Shown: piece by piece, positions 37,312 through 47,920 of the stretch | Numbering within the stretch: the stretch's first letter is position 1 | How the letters are laid out: the number at the start of each line of letters is the position of its first letter | Assembly (NCBI RefSeq): GCF_018350175.1 | Contig: NC_058368.1 | Coordinates: 209,748,001-209,812,000, forward strand | From: Felis catus | Taxonomy: Eukaryota | Length of the DNA stretch: 64,000 bases | Direction: 5' to 3' | Translations under genes and position numbers: made by a program | Notes under the pieces: model-generated | Databases searched by the model: none | What the model saw: the letters and a program-made list of their open reading frames with translations, nothing else | What the model was told of the DNA's origin: nothing

Positions 37312-37443
37312 CATGGCCACCACATTTAGGTGGGCAGGTTGTGCACTGCACAACTCTCAGGAAGCATTCGCATTGTCGTCAGTATGAATGTGTTCCTGGA
37401 GGAGTACGGTGAATAACCTGTGAGGTCACAAATAGTGACCCTC
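37312..37443. mobile_element. MER91-like palindromic hAT-Tip100 MITE
   Basis: CAGGTTGTGCACTGCACAACTC arm with degenerate mirror GAGTACGGTGAATAACCTG. Confidence 0.7.
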
Positions 37444-37444
37444 C

Positions 37445-37562
37445 CTGTCTGAGGCTCCACTCCAGTTCTACTGAATCAGAATCTCTAGGGAAGGAGCCCA
37501 TGAGTCTACATTTTAACAAATTTTACAGGTTTCTATTAACACTGAAGGTTGAAAATCACCAC
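37445..37562. mobile_element. MER5-like fragment
   Basis: CTACTGAATCAGAATCTCT ... CATTTTAACAA ... AGGTTGAAAATCACC. Confidence 0.65.
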
Positions 37563-38501
37563 TTAAGAGATAGGTTTTAACACAAAGATGCACCAGAAAG
37601 ATCCTAATCAATTGAATGGAGCCTACATGATCTGAATACAATATGCACAGTGTTGTCAGTCCTGGAAATAGTCTTTCTTTTTTCGTAAAATATGTGAATG
37701 AAGTGTTGGTGTCTTCACCAAGAGGTGGCACACCTAGGGGTTCTGAGGAAATAAATGTATAGACCCTATGTATAGACTTGTGTATAAACAATTTTGTATA
37801 TACATACAGGATAGCTTTTTTGAATTTATACAGCTGTACTTAAAAGTAGCTGGTATTAGTTAATCCTATGTTAACAGTTTGGATATTTTTCACTTGTACA
37901 TTTGGGACTTTTTCTTTTGGTTGATGAAAGTTGCATATGTTAAGTGTGTGAATGAAGTGAAAAAAAAATGTGGGAAATTATCTCACCACCTGTGCCATCA
38001 CTGGATCCTCTGCTTCCCAGGCTTAAAGTTCTTCTGGCTTCATGAATAACTCAGTGAATAATTGCCGTTCAGAATATGGTTGCCCTACTAGTGATCTGAC
38101 CATTTTTTCAATGTCTTTCAAACAGGCCTCTATTGTTTTCTTCCCTGTGTGCTTTTATATTCCAACTTTCCAAGAGAGAAATTCTGATCGGGCTGGGTTG
38201 TCACCACTCAATGTGGAGTGCTCTGATTAGGTAGCTTCTTAGGTCAAGTTGTCTCCTTGGCAATGTCTTGCTCATGTTTATCTTATGGACATGTGGTTGC
38301 CTCAGTCCTGGGCACTCATTTTTGGTTCAGTGACCATCAGCGATAGTATCTTAATAAAGAATAAAGAATATCCATGACCACTTTCCTCTGAATGGAGATG
38401 TGGGCATAGCCAACATCTAGTACTTTACTGTTTGTTAGAACAGGAAGGAAATGTAATTACTCAATATGCCATCTAGATGCCATATCCTGTAACAATAAGA
38501 G

Positions 38502-38504
<3 letters not shown>

Positions 38505-38556
<52 letters not shown>
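38505..38556. repeat. (AT)n microsatellite
   Basis: Direct reading. Confidence 0.95.
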
Positions 38557-38559
<3 letters not shown>

Positions 38560-39090
38560 GAGTACCACCTTATGCCAGACATTTTTTCTGATCACTTGAA
38601 TAGCATTCATAACTTAACCTTCAAAAGCAACTTTTTGTGGTAGATGCTATTATTAACTTCATTTTACAGATTAGAACATTGAGGAGTAGAACTTGCCCAA
38701 CAGTTTGTATATGGTGGAGCCACAATTAGATCTCACACTATTTAGCTCTGAAGTCATTGCCTTTTATGACTATGTTGGGGTTGTGATAGAGGATCGTGTG
38801 TGTGTGTGGTGGGGGTGAGACAATTAGGGAGAATGAAATGCACAAATCAGGTCTGGTAGGCAAAGCATAGGCAGAAGCCTCCATTGGTGCATGTTGGGGG
38901 AAGGAGTTGTAAGACAATGACAGGCAGATGCCACAAAGGGACAAGACACAGCTGGACTTGCCTTGAGGGCCAGACAGGATTCTAAAAAGATATCCTGAGA
39001 GGTTATTCTTACTCCTTCCTTGATTTCTTAAAAAGGAGTATAAACGACATTTAATTGCCCATGGTTCCTTTTAAAAATAAAGGCATAGTA

Positions 39091-39308
39091 GCGCCTGGGT
39101 GGCTCAGTCGGTTGAGCGTCTGACTTTGGCTCAGGTCATGATCTTGCAGCTTGTGAGTTCAAGCCCCGCGTCAGGCTCTGTGCTGACAGCTCAGAGCCTG
39201 GAGCCTGCTTCTGCTTCTGTGTCTCCCTCTCTCTCTGCCCCTAACCCACTCGCATTCTGTCTCTGTCTCTCTCAAAAATAAATAAACATTAAAATAATAA
39301 TAATAAAA
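39091..39308 (+). mobile_element. CAN-SINE
   Basis: TSD AAAGGCATAGTA at 39079-39090 and 39309-39320. Confidence 0.95.
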
Positions 39309-40242
39309 AAAGGCATAGTAAACACCTTCTTTTGGGGCCATTATCCATCCTGGCCAGTTCCTCCAGGGGGTGCCTAGCATTCCTTGATAGAAAAGCCTTG
39401 AGAATTTAGGGTTAGACAGGAAAGTTTGGGTCTGACTGTCAAAAGAAAGTGAAGGGTATTATCCTGTATTGCTGAGGAGCACGAAGTTTGCAGCGGGGAC
39501 GTGGAATGGAAGACCGTTCCACTCTGAAGAATGCTCTTAAGGTCCATGACCAGAGCAGCTACTAAGCTGTAATCAGTCTCCACCAAAGTTTGAGGCAAGG
39601 ATTTTAGCATTTCAAGAGGAAAGAGGGCTATTGAATTACTACAATAATTATCTTCATTTTCTTTCTTTCCCTCTTTGTTTGCAGAGAGAGAGATCTGGTC
39701 TGCTCAAGTCAATGTGTTCTACATTGCTTGCTGTGGGCTGTCTCCCAAATCCTTAACTCTTTGAGTAAAACACATTTTTTTACTCAAAAAAAAAATCATT
39801 GAAAAATCATTTTGAGGGCCCATACGGGTTTTGTCAAGGTCTTCTTGGTGCTTCTGAAGTGGAATCTTTTCACCTTTCATTAGCTACTTGTTTTCTTTCA
39901 ATCAATGCCTTAGGAAGTAACACAGGAGACCAGAGAAGAAAATGGCTATTTTATGTCATTCCCAGGTTATAATCAGTTTCTTGTAGGTTGGGATTAATTT
40001 TGCATAGTCCTGACTGAAAACAGGATGATGGACAGGATGACCTTTGCCCTCCCCAAATCTGAGCAGGCCAAGGGGCTGTGCAAGGTTTGGGTTCTGGCCA
40101 ATACTAGGCACAATGAATGAATTGGGTATTTATATACCCAAAACCAGTACTCTGCTGAGAATAGAATTTGAAGGAAGGGCCTATAGTTCTCTGGGTCAGT
40201 TGTTCCTCTGAGAAACACTCACAAAGATGTTCTCTGTTTCAG

Positions 40243-40351
40243 GCAAAACAATTACTCTAGAGACTTTGGGAGTTTCAAGACAACTGAATGCACGATAAGA
40301 AAGGGGATATCTTGGAGAAGACAGACTGCTCATCTCTACTGGGATTCTTCT
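40243..40351 (+). ncRNA. Candidate exon (109 nt) of putative lncRNA
   Basis: Branch-like CTCAC about 20 nt upstream, acceptor TTCTCTGTTTCAG, donor TCT|GTAAGT. Confidence 0.33.
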
Positions 40352-41117
40352 GTAAGTCACATTATTGACTTCAAGAGGCCATGAAAGTGTGTCTTTCCTT
40401 GAGACAGTAAACTCTCTGTTTTCTGAAGTGAATGGAAAAAAAGGGGTGTATTGGTTCGCCATGTCAGTTTCCAGAAATGAGTATACTGTACAACGTACTT
40501 CATCTACAATGCTACCAAATATAATTTATTGTTACTCAGATGATTCAGAAGACCTTCTGGTATCTCATCAAGGTAAACAGAAAATATTTTGTGCTGCAGC
40601 TGTGTGGAGGAGACATTGCCCAGTGATTTCTAGAAATGAGTCAGAAAAATAAAAATAAATGCTTTTCTCTGTTATAACATATTCTAAACCAGTCATTCAA
40701 TCAATTGGAACTTACAATTTATTTATAACTGTTGAGGAATTAAAAAATAGGTATGTGGGGAATATAAAGAAATGTAAGTAGTGGACCCACTGGTTGCAAA
40801 CAGAGTTACATCTACAAAAGTTCTTTGTCAGAGCTTGAGACTAGAACTTAGTATTTGGGGTTTGTGATGGGTTTGCTAGATCTGCTCCTACTGTCTACGC
40901 CACCTGCCTTCTAATATGTCTTCTTGTGCTGTAGTGGCTGAAGAGCCAAACACCACATTTTCCAGACTACCCTACCCTCAGGGCTCTGGATGTCATTTAA
41001 GTTCTGCCATTATGTTGCACTGTGCAATGTTTAGAAGGTAGAAATGAGGCAGAGGCCATGCTTTCACTGCTTCTGTGTTTTCTTTGAAGTTTGGTCATAG
41101 AGGCATTAGAATTTTCT

Positions 41118-41553
41118 TTTTTTTTTTTTATATTTTTTAGTTGTTTATTTATTTTTGAGAGAGAGAGTGTGAGCAGGGGAGCGGCAGAGAGAGAGGGAGA
41201 CACAGAATCCAAAGCAGGCTCCAGGTTGTGAGTTGTCAGCACAGAGCTCAATGTGGGGCTTGAACCCTCCAGTTGTAAGATCATGACCTGAGCCAAAGTC
41301 GGACACTTAACCGACTGAACCACCCAGGCGCCTCTCTCTCCCTCTCTCTCTTTTTTTTAATGTTTATTTGTCTTTGAGAGGGAGAGAGTGAGAGTGGGTG
41401 AGGGGCAGAGGGAGAAGGAGACACAGAATCCAAAGCAGGCTCCAGGCTCTGAGTTGTCAGCACAGAGCCCAATGTGGGGCTTGAACTCAAGAACCGTGAG
41501 ATCATGACCTGAACGGAAGTCGGACACTTAACAGACTGAGCCACCAGGCGCCC
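41118..41553 (-). mobile_element. Tandem pair of CAN-SINEs (41118-41333 and 41334-41553)
   Basis: Two reverse-complement SINEs with one outer TSD AGGCATTWGAATTTTCT at 41101-41117 and 41556-41572. Confidence 0.93.
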
Positions 41554-41866
41554 TAAGGCATTTGAATTTTCTGCAGCAGCATTAGCAGAAGTGTGTGACT
41601 GTCAGGAGACAGTCACAGAAAGCTCATTTGCAAGTGAGGATTAAAGCATGTCTGGTTTGGTGTGGTGTCAGCTTCCTGTCCATGAGGGCCGCTCCACTGT
41701 AATGGCTTCTGGACTTTGGTAGTCATAACGTTTAAGAGGTGGCGGTTTCCTAATCTTGGGAGAACCAAGAGCTCCCCTGGTGACCCAGATCTACCATGTA
41801 GTTTCGGGAGACATTTCTGAAATGTCAACCTAAATCCTTGACTCTCCTAATGATGCAATAAGCTTT

Positions 41867-41912
41867 AAAAAAATTTTTTTAAATTATTTCTTTTTAAAGT
41901 TTATTTATTTAT

Positions 41913-41961
<49 letters not shown>

Positions 41962-42122
41962 GTGGGGGAGGGGCAGAGAGAGAGGGAGAGAGAGAATCCC
42001 AAGCAGGCTCCTCACTATCAATGCAGAGCCCAACGCAGGGCTCAAATTCACAAATCCCAAGATCATGACCTGAGCCAAAATCAAAAGTTGGACACTTAAC
42101 CAACTGAGCCACCCAGGCGCCC
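41867..42122 (-). mobile_element. CAN-SINE in the 5' LTR
   Basis: TSD-like TGATGCAATAAGCTTT (41851) and TGATTCAGTAAGCTTT (42123). Confidence 0.93.
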
Positions 42123-42222
42123 TGATTCAGTAAGCTTTCTAATGCCCTATAATAAGTTTTTTCATTCTTCATTTTCTTGCTAGAATTGCTTATGTTCCCT
42201 GGAATTGAACCCTGTCCATGAC

Positions 42223-45200
42223 TGTGATTGGTACCAGGAGGGTTATAGGCAACAGACTCTTAAAAAATTGGAAATTTGGATTTTTTTTCATTTGATTGGG
42301 TTTGATTTGAAAGTAGCAATGATTATGTTAGCATTAGAATATGGAATACTAGCAGTATATGACATGTAGCGGTGAAGTAGTTTCTTCAAATATTGATCAC
42401 TTAGAATGAAGCGCCCAGTGAAGGCAAAGACTTTGGTAGAGTGCCTGCTGACCACCATGGTGAGAATAAGGAATACAAGATCTGTGGAGTTGGGTGGCTG
42501 TTTATAATTACATCGGAGAACTTCAAGAAAAAAAATGATATGATCAGGATTTTAAGGTTATTGTCATGAGACATATCAGAGGACTAAGGAGCTTCCACAA
42601 CTTTCTAGAAAAACCATTTATTTCATGTAGCTGCAGAGCTGATGCGTTCTAACATCAAATGCCATTTGATCCTGTGGGCTGATGATTAAAAGATAATCTA
42701 AACTCATAAAACCACTAGTTCTTTTATGTAAAAGTTTAGGTATTGATTGGGAAAGAGTGGGACCCTGAGAATTGGGACTATTTGGGTGGGTTCAGTTGAA
42801 CCTCAGTACCGAGTTCCCCAAAACTCCATTGAACCTCATTGCCATAAAAGCTTCTTGTCCTTCTCTGTTTGATAAGGCTGGTCAGGGCTTGCTTAGAGAC
42901 TCTGTAATGACCTTACTGAGATAAGTTCCTTGCTAGGGGATTTCAGTTTTCTTCCTGCCCCTATTTCCCACCACTCATTGTTCCAGATCTGTAAGCAGAG
43001 TCAGACACCAGCATGTCCCCAGAAGGACAAGTACAATGTCTATCTTATGAAGCAAAGGTTTACACAACTGAGGAATTGCAAGAGTTTGCTCATTTATATA
43101 GGTAAAAACCTAGGGAACAGGTGTGGGAGAATCTAGGCCAGAGAGGAAGAAGCTTAATTTTAAATCTGGCTTAATTTGTTGGTGTGGGTGCATTTCCCAA
43201 AGATTCTGGACTCATTGTTCTAGTTGGTGCAACCGGTAATGGTTGTAACTCTTGGCCTGGCTGAATGACTGGAAATGGGACTCAAAGGTGGCCTACATGG
43301 AAGGAAATTCAGGCATCAAAAATCCATGGTATAATATAGGGGGAGGAATCCTGAGAAAAAGAACCATTGAAGTAGGTATTTCACATATGACGTATGACCC
43401 GGTAACTAACTAAAGAGGTCCAGAGGATGCTCTCTTCACCAATGCACTGAGAAACAAAATTGTGAGAAATATATCCTTGGCAAATATTGCAGTGTAATCC
43501 TCTCTAGGTCAGGGCAGGGGTAAAGGTGAGAGATGCTGCTATTGAAATGGGAATTTTGATTGCAGTGGGCTTGTTGAGATCCTGGAGTGGCAGAAGACAA
43601 GTAGCAATAGTCAAATGCACGATTCAAGGTGGAAGCTGCTTCTGGTAAGGGAGCTGGAATAGTTAATTGGGTAGTTGATTGATTATGAGTAGTTAAGGAT
43701 CATGATGTTTCCAGGAATGGAATAGATGACTGGTCAGGATCCCACTTGATATACCTAATGAAAAATACTCCCTTTGGGAAATAGGCCTGGCATGTTTTTC
43801 ATGGAATACCAAGTGACCACGTGACCTGAGCTGTCCCTGGGCTTGGTGTTATCTGATTAATCAAGCTATAAGAATGAGTCTTCTCATTCTTCATTCTTCA
43901 ACACTTCATCATTAAGTGGTCTTGAAGGCACAGGTACATTGCCTGAACAAAGGGCTCACACTCCCAGGGTATCGCCTATTGTTGCATTGTCCTCTCCCTT
44001 AATCACTACCTATAGATCCTTGGGTGTGGGCCCAATGAACGTGTTAACTGGGTAAAAAAAAAAAAAAAAAAAATCAAGCCTGGTTTATAGATGTGTTCCA
44101 CATGACACGCTTGTATCAGCTGGAAGTCAGCTTCTGTAGCATGATAGCCCCACTCGGTGGTAATTTTGAAGGACAGTAGGGAAAGAACAATCTCTTAGTG
44201 GGAAGAACTTATCAATATTACCTGAAAGTAAAGATGTTTAGAGGTCCAGGCTGAATCACTGGTGATGGTTAATGGGCACTGGAATAGCTAGATGGTTAGA
44301 CATACAGAGGGAAAAACATAGGGGGGCTGATGTCAAGGACTGAGGAAGAGGTATGTGAATGGAACTGTTAGGATGGTCACACATATCTTCATGTTCAGGA
44401 TAGGGCGTGTTTTGAGGATTAGTTGCTAAGAAATAATTTGGACACATTGACCTAGTTTGTGGATATCTGTAAGCCTCTTTCCACGATCTGACAGTGTTTC
44501 CTCATAATTAGATTCAGGTTATGCATTTTTTGGCAGTAATATCACGTACCTAATATTGGGTCCTCAGTGAAAATGCCAGGAGGCACATGATATCAGTTCG
44601 TACCATTAAACTGAAATTTGAGATTGCCAGTCACCATTTGGGCACCTCATGCAAATGAACCAACAGGCAGAAGAGGGGTCATCATTAGGTCAGCTGGGTG
44701 ATTGAGCCCCGTTGTCAAGAGGAAATAGGATTGCCATTATACAATGGGAGCAGGGAGAAGTATTTTTGGAATGGAGGGGATTCTCTGGGGCATTTCATAG
44801 TAGTGCTGTGCCCAGTGGTAAAAGTTATATTAAATTATATTTTTAATGTGTATCTTAAATATATACCTTTAATGGAAGACTACAGAAATTGAATATAATC
44901 AGGATCCCCTAGTGTTCAGATTCACTAGGAATAAAGATCCGGGTGACTCCATCAGCTAAATAAGTTGGCCCAGCCGTGATGCTGACTGAGGACAAAAGTA
45001 ACCTACAATGGGCTGTGGAGGACAAGAGTTGTAAATACCAACTATACACTTGCACCTGAAACTGGAACTATCATAACCACCAACGATTTCTTCCTTGCTC
45101 TGACATGTATATTTTATATAATTAACCATTTCTCTTCCTCCCTTATCCCTTTCATCACAACTTTACATGTGGTCTACTGATAGTGGTTAATTTTATAAGT

Positions 45201-45425
45201 GAATTTATATATAATAAATACCCTGGTGGAATTGAAACTGAACTAGAGAAGGAATGAATATCACTCAAAGATAGATGCAGACTCATGGAACTTTGAGTTT
45301 CTTTTGATGGGAGGTGAGTACATGTTTTTTTTAAGTACAGGGACAGTTATGTTATTATTGTTTGGAAGTTTAAATATGGAGAGAATGTAAGTATGGATGG
45401 ATGTTGACGAGCTGGAGGAACAGTC
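42223..45425 (+). mobile_element. Degenerate, internally deleted ERVL internal region (gag, RNase H, dUTPase remnants)
   Basis: Hand translations: LIGKEWDPENWD (42743-42778), GPEDALFTNALRNKIVR (43417-43467), AWFID (44078-44092), VIEPRCQEEIGLPLYNG...CPVVKV (from 44698); many stops and frameshifts. Confidence 0.85.
44478..44608 (-). mobile_element. Old L1M (L1MC/MD-like) 3' UTR fragment nested in ERVL
   Basis: TTTCCTCATAATTAGATTCAGGTTATGCATTTTTTGGCAGTAATATCAC. Confidence 0.6.
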
Positions 45426-46085
45426 TATGGCATTTATGGTGGATCGGTGCTCAATATCCGTTCAGGATTTGTTCTGTGAACTTTCATGATCTGCACAAGT
45501 TAGAAAGTAAAATACTTGTTGACTCTCTTGCAGCTAACATTTTGGGTGTCATTTAGGCTGGGCCAATCAAACACACTTGGGTAAGATTTGGAAGGTGGAC
45601 GTGGAGTGGAGGCTATACTCTGCTGTGCTTGCTTTTTTCTGAAAAGCAGAGTCACGGGGTGGGGGGCGGGGGGCGGGGGGGGATTTATTTTTTTCTGTGG
45701 CAGCTTCAAGATAGGTACCAGTGTCTAGTAACCTAGCTGGTTTGAGTACTAAGAGGCAGAGCGTTGGCTCCTCCCTTATGCTGGTATGTATGTAGGCATG
45801 ATACAACTTTCTGATGTGGCAGCCTTCCCACTGTAGCAGCTTCCTGATCACAGCAGTGCAGCGTGGCTCTGGAGCCAGCTGCTTCCTGCAGCAGAGGCAG
45901 AAACTCCTTTGGTGACCTGTTTCTGCATTGTGGCTTTTTGTTCCCGAAAGCTTGAGTTGGAGGCTATATCTTCAGCTTTCCCAATGATTCAGTAAGCCTT
46001 TACAGTGGCCTGGAATAAGTATTTTTCCTACTTAACACAGCTACGATGGATTCTGTTCTTTGCACGTACAATCTGATCTCTATAT
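45426..46085 (+). mobile_element. 3' LTR of ERVL-class provirus (LTR41-like)
   Basis: Follows a purine-rich tract; CTTGCAGCTA...GTGTCATTTAGGCTGGGCCAATCA; ends CCAATGATTCAGTAAGCC...AATAAGTATTTTTCC. Confidence 0.7.
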
Positions 46086-46352
46086 GTACGGGTTTAGGAG
46101 ACCACTATTCCTATGCCCATACTTTACATGAGGAGCAAGCAAAGTTCAGGTGTGGCTTCTCCACTACTGCTGGTTATGTTCCCTACTTATTCTGGAGAGA
46201 AGTCTGTCAAAAATGACATGTTAGTTTATATCTTTTATTGCTTTTTATCTGCTTTTGATTCTAATAAGAAGCAGTGTGGTCTGAAGAATCTGAGACCAAA
46301 AGCTGCAGAGACACAGAGGGGTTAATGAGAACATATGTCACACCCTTTATGA

Positions 46353-46772
46353 CAGTGGTTCTCAAACTCACCTGCACATTAGAATCATGTGGGGAGGGGC
46401 GCCTGGGTGGCGCAGTCGGTTAAGCGTCCGACTTCAGCCAGGTCACGATCTCGCGGTCCGTGAGTTCGAGCCCCGCGTTGGGCTCTGGGCTGATGGCTCA
46501 GAGCCTGGAGCCTATTTCCGATTCTGTGTCTCCCTCTCTCTCTGCTCCTCCCCTGTTCATGCCCTGTCTCTCTCTGTCCCAAAAATAAATAAACGTTGAA
46601 AAAAAAATTAAAAAAAAAAAAAAAATAGAATCATGTGGGGAGTTTAAAAAATTCCTGACCTGGGCTGTCCCCAGATCAATTAAGTCAGAATTTCTGGTGT
46701 GAGTCCCAGGATTCAGTATTTTGAAAGCTCCCCAGATGATTCCAATTGGTGTTTTCAAGGTTGAAGAATCAG
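46353..46772. mobile_element. MER5-like element interrupted by a young SINE
   Basis: CAGTGGTTCTCAAACT start; AAGCTCCCCAGATGATTCCAAT and GGTTGAAGAATCAG end. Confidence 0.8.
46396..46625 (+). mobile_element. Young felid CAN-SINE (SINEC_Fc-like)
   Basis: Intact CpGs; perfect 16-bp TSD TAGAATCATGTGGGGA at 46380-46395 and 46626-46641. Confidence 0.96.
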
Positions 46773-46854
46773 TTAAGTCTGGGAAGAAAGAGAGAGGTGA
46801 ATTTTGGGGTTATGTAGGAGTTGCAGCTGGGGAGAAATAAAATACTAGTAAAGT

Positions 46855-47293
46855 AGCAAATTTACCATCTCACAGTCAAAAATCCAAAATGGGTCTCACT
46901 GGGCTAAAATTAAGGTGACTGTAGGGCTGGGTTCCTTCCTGAAGACACTAAGGGAGACTCTGCTTTCTTGCTTTTTCCAGATTCTAGATACTGTCTGCAT
47001 TCCTTGGTTCTTGCCCCCCTTCTGTCTTCAAAGCATGCAAAGGCTGGTTGAATCTTTCTCATGATGCCATTTTCCTAGTTCTGACTGTCTCCCTCTTCCA
47101 CTTTTACACACCCTGTGATTCCATTGGGCTCACTACAATAATCTAGGGTCATCCTCCCCTCTCAAGGTCAGTTAATGAGCAACTTAATTCCAACTCCAAC
47201 CTTAATTCCTCCTTACTGTGTAACCTAACATATTCACAGGTTCTGCAGGTTAGGATGTGGATGTCTTTGGGGGAGCCATTCTGCTTATCATAG
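46855..47293 (-). mobile_element. MLT1 (C/D-like) solo LTR
   Basis: GGGTCTCACTGGGCTAAAATTAAGGTG ... ATATTCACAGGTTCTGCAGGTTAGGATGTGGATGTCTTTGGGGG. Confidence 0.85.
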
Positions 47294-47403
47294 GAAATAA
47301 TGGACAAGGACGCTGGAGAATAGACACCCATGGGATTCCTTCCTCATACTTTTGAATCAGAAAAGGTAATTGGAGGGGCCAAGTCACTCAAAAACTATTA
47401 CAA

Positions 47404-47636
47404 TAAAATAAGACAAAAACAGAGAGGGAGGCAAACCTTAAGAGACTCTTAAATACAGAGAACAGGGGCGCCTGGGTGGCTCAGTTGGTTGAGTGTCCGA
47501 CTTTGGTTTAGGTCATGCTCTCGTGGTTTGTGAGTTTGAGCCCTGCATCAAGCTGCTATCAGCCTGTCAGTGCGGAGCCTCCCCACCCCCTTTGGATCCT
47601 CTCTTCCACTCTCTTTCTGTCTCTCCCCCATGTGCG

Positions 47637-47676
<40 letters not shown>

Positions 47677-47920
47677 AACTAAATAAAACATTTTTAAAAA
47701 GTTTAAAAACAGAGAACAAACTGAGGGTTGCTGGAGGGAAGGTGGGTGGGGTGTTGGGCTACAGGGGTGATGGGCACTAGGAGGGCACTTGTTGCGATGA
47801 GCACTGGGTGCTATACGTAAGTGATGAATCACTAAAGTCTACTCCTGAAACCATTATTACACTATATGTTAACGAACTTGGATTTAAATAAAATTAAAAA
47901 AAAGAAAAGATAAAAAAACA
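47404..47920 (+). mobile_element. Short L1 3' UTR insertion containing a CAN-SINE (47465-47708)
   Basis: GAGAACAAACTGAGGGTTGCTGGAGGG...GAATCACTAAAGTCTACTCCTGAAACC; SINE TSD ACAGAGAACA. Confidence 0.9.

Larger units (their letters stand above)
40863..42222 (+). mobile_element. 5' LTR of ancient ERVL-class provirus (LTR33/LTR41-like), split by three SINEs
   Basis: TG start; CCACATTTTCCAGACT...GGCTCTGGATGTCATTTAAGTTCTGCCA; blocks shared with the LTR at 45426; followed by PBS-like TGGTACCA at 42229. Confidence 0.7.

Noticed and set aside
40242..40262. Peptide GKTITLE, identical to a ubiquitin segment
   Set aside because: Flanking codons do not match ubiquitin and a stop follows shortly; treated as chance
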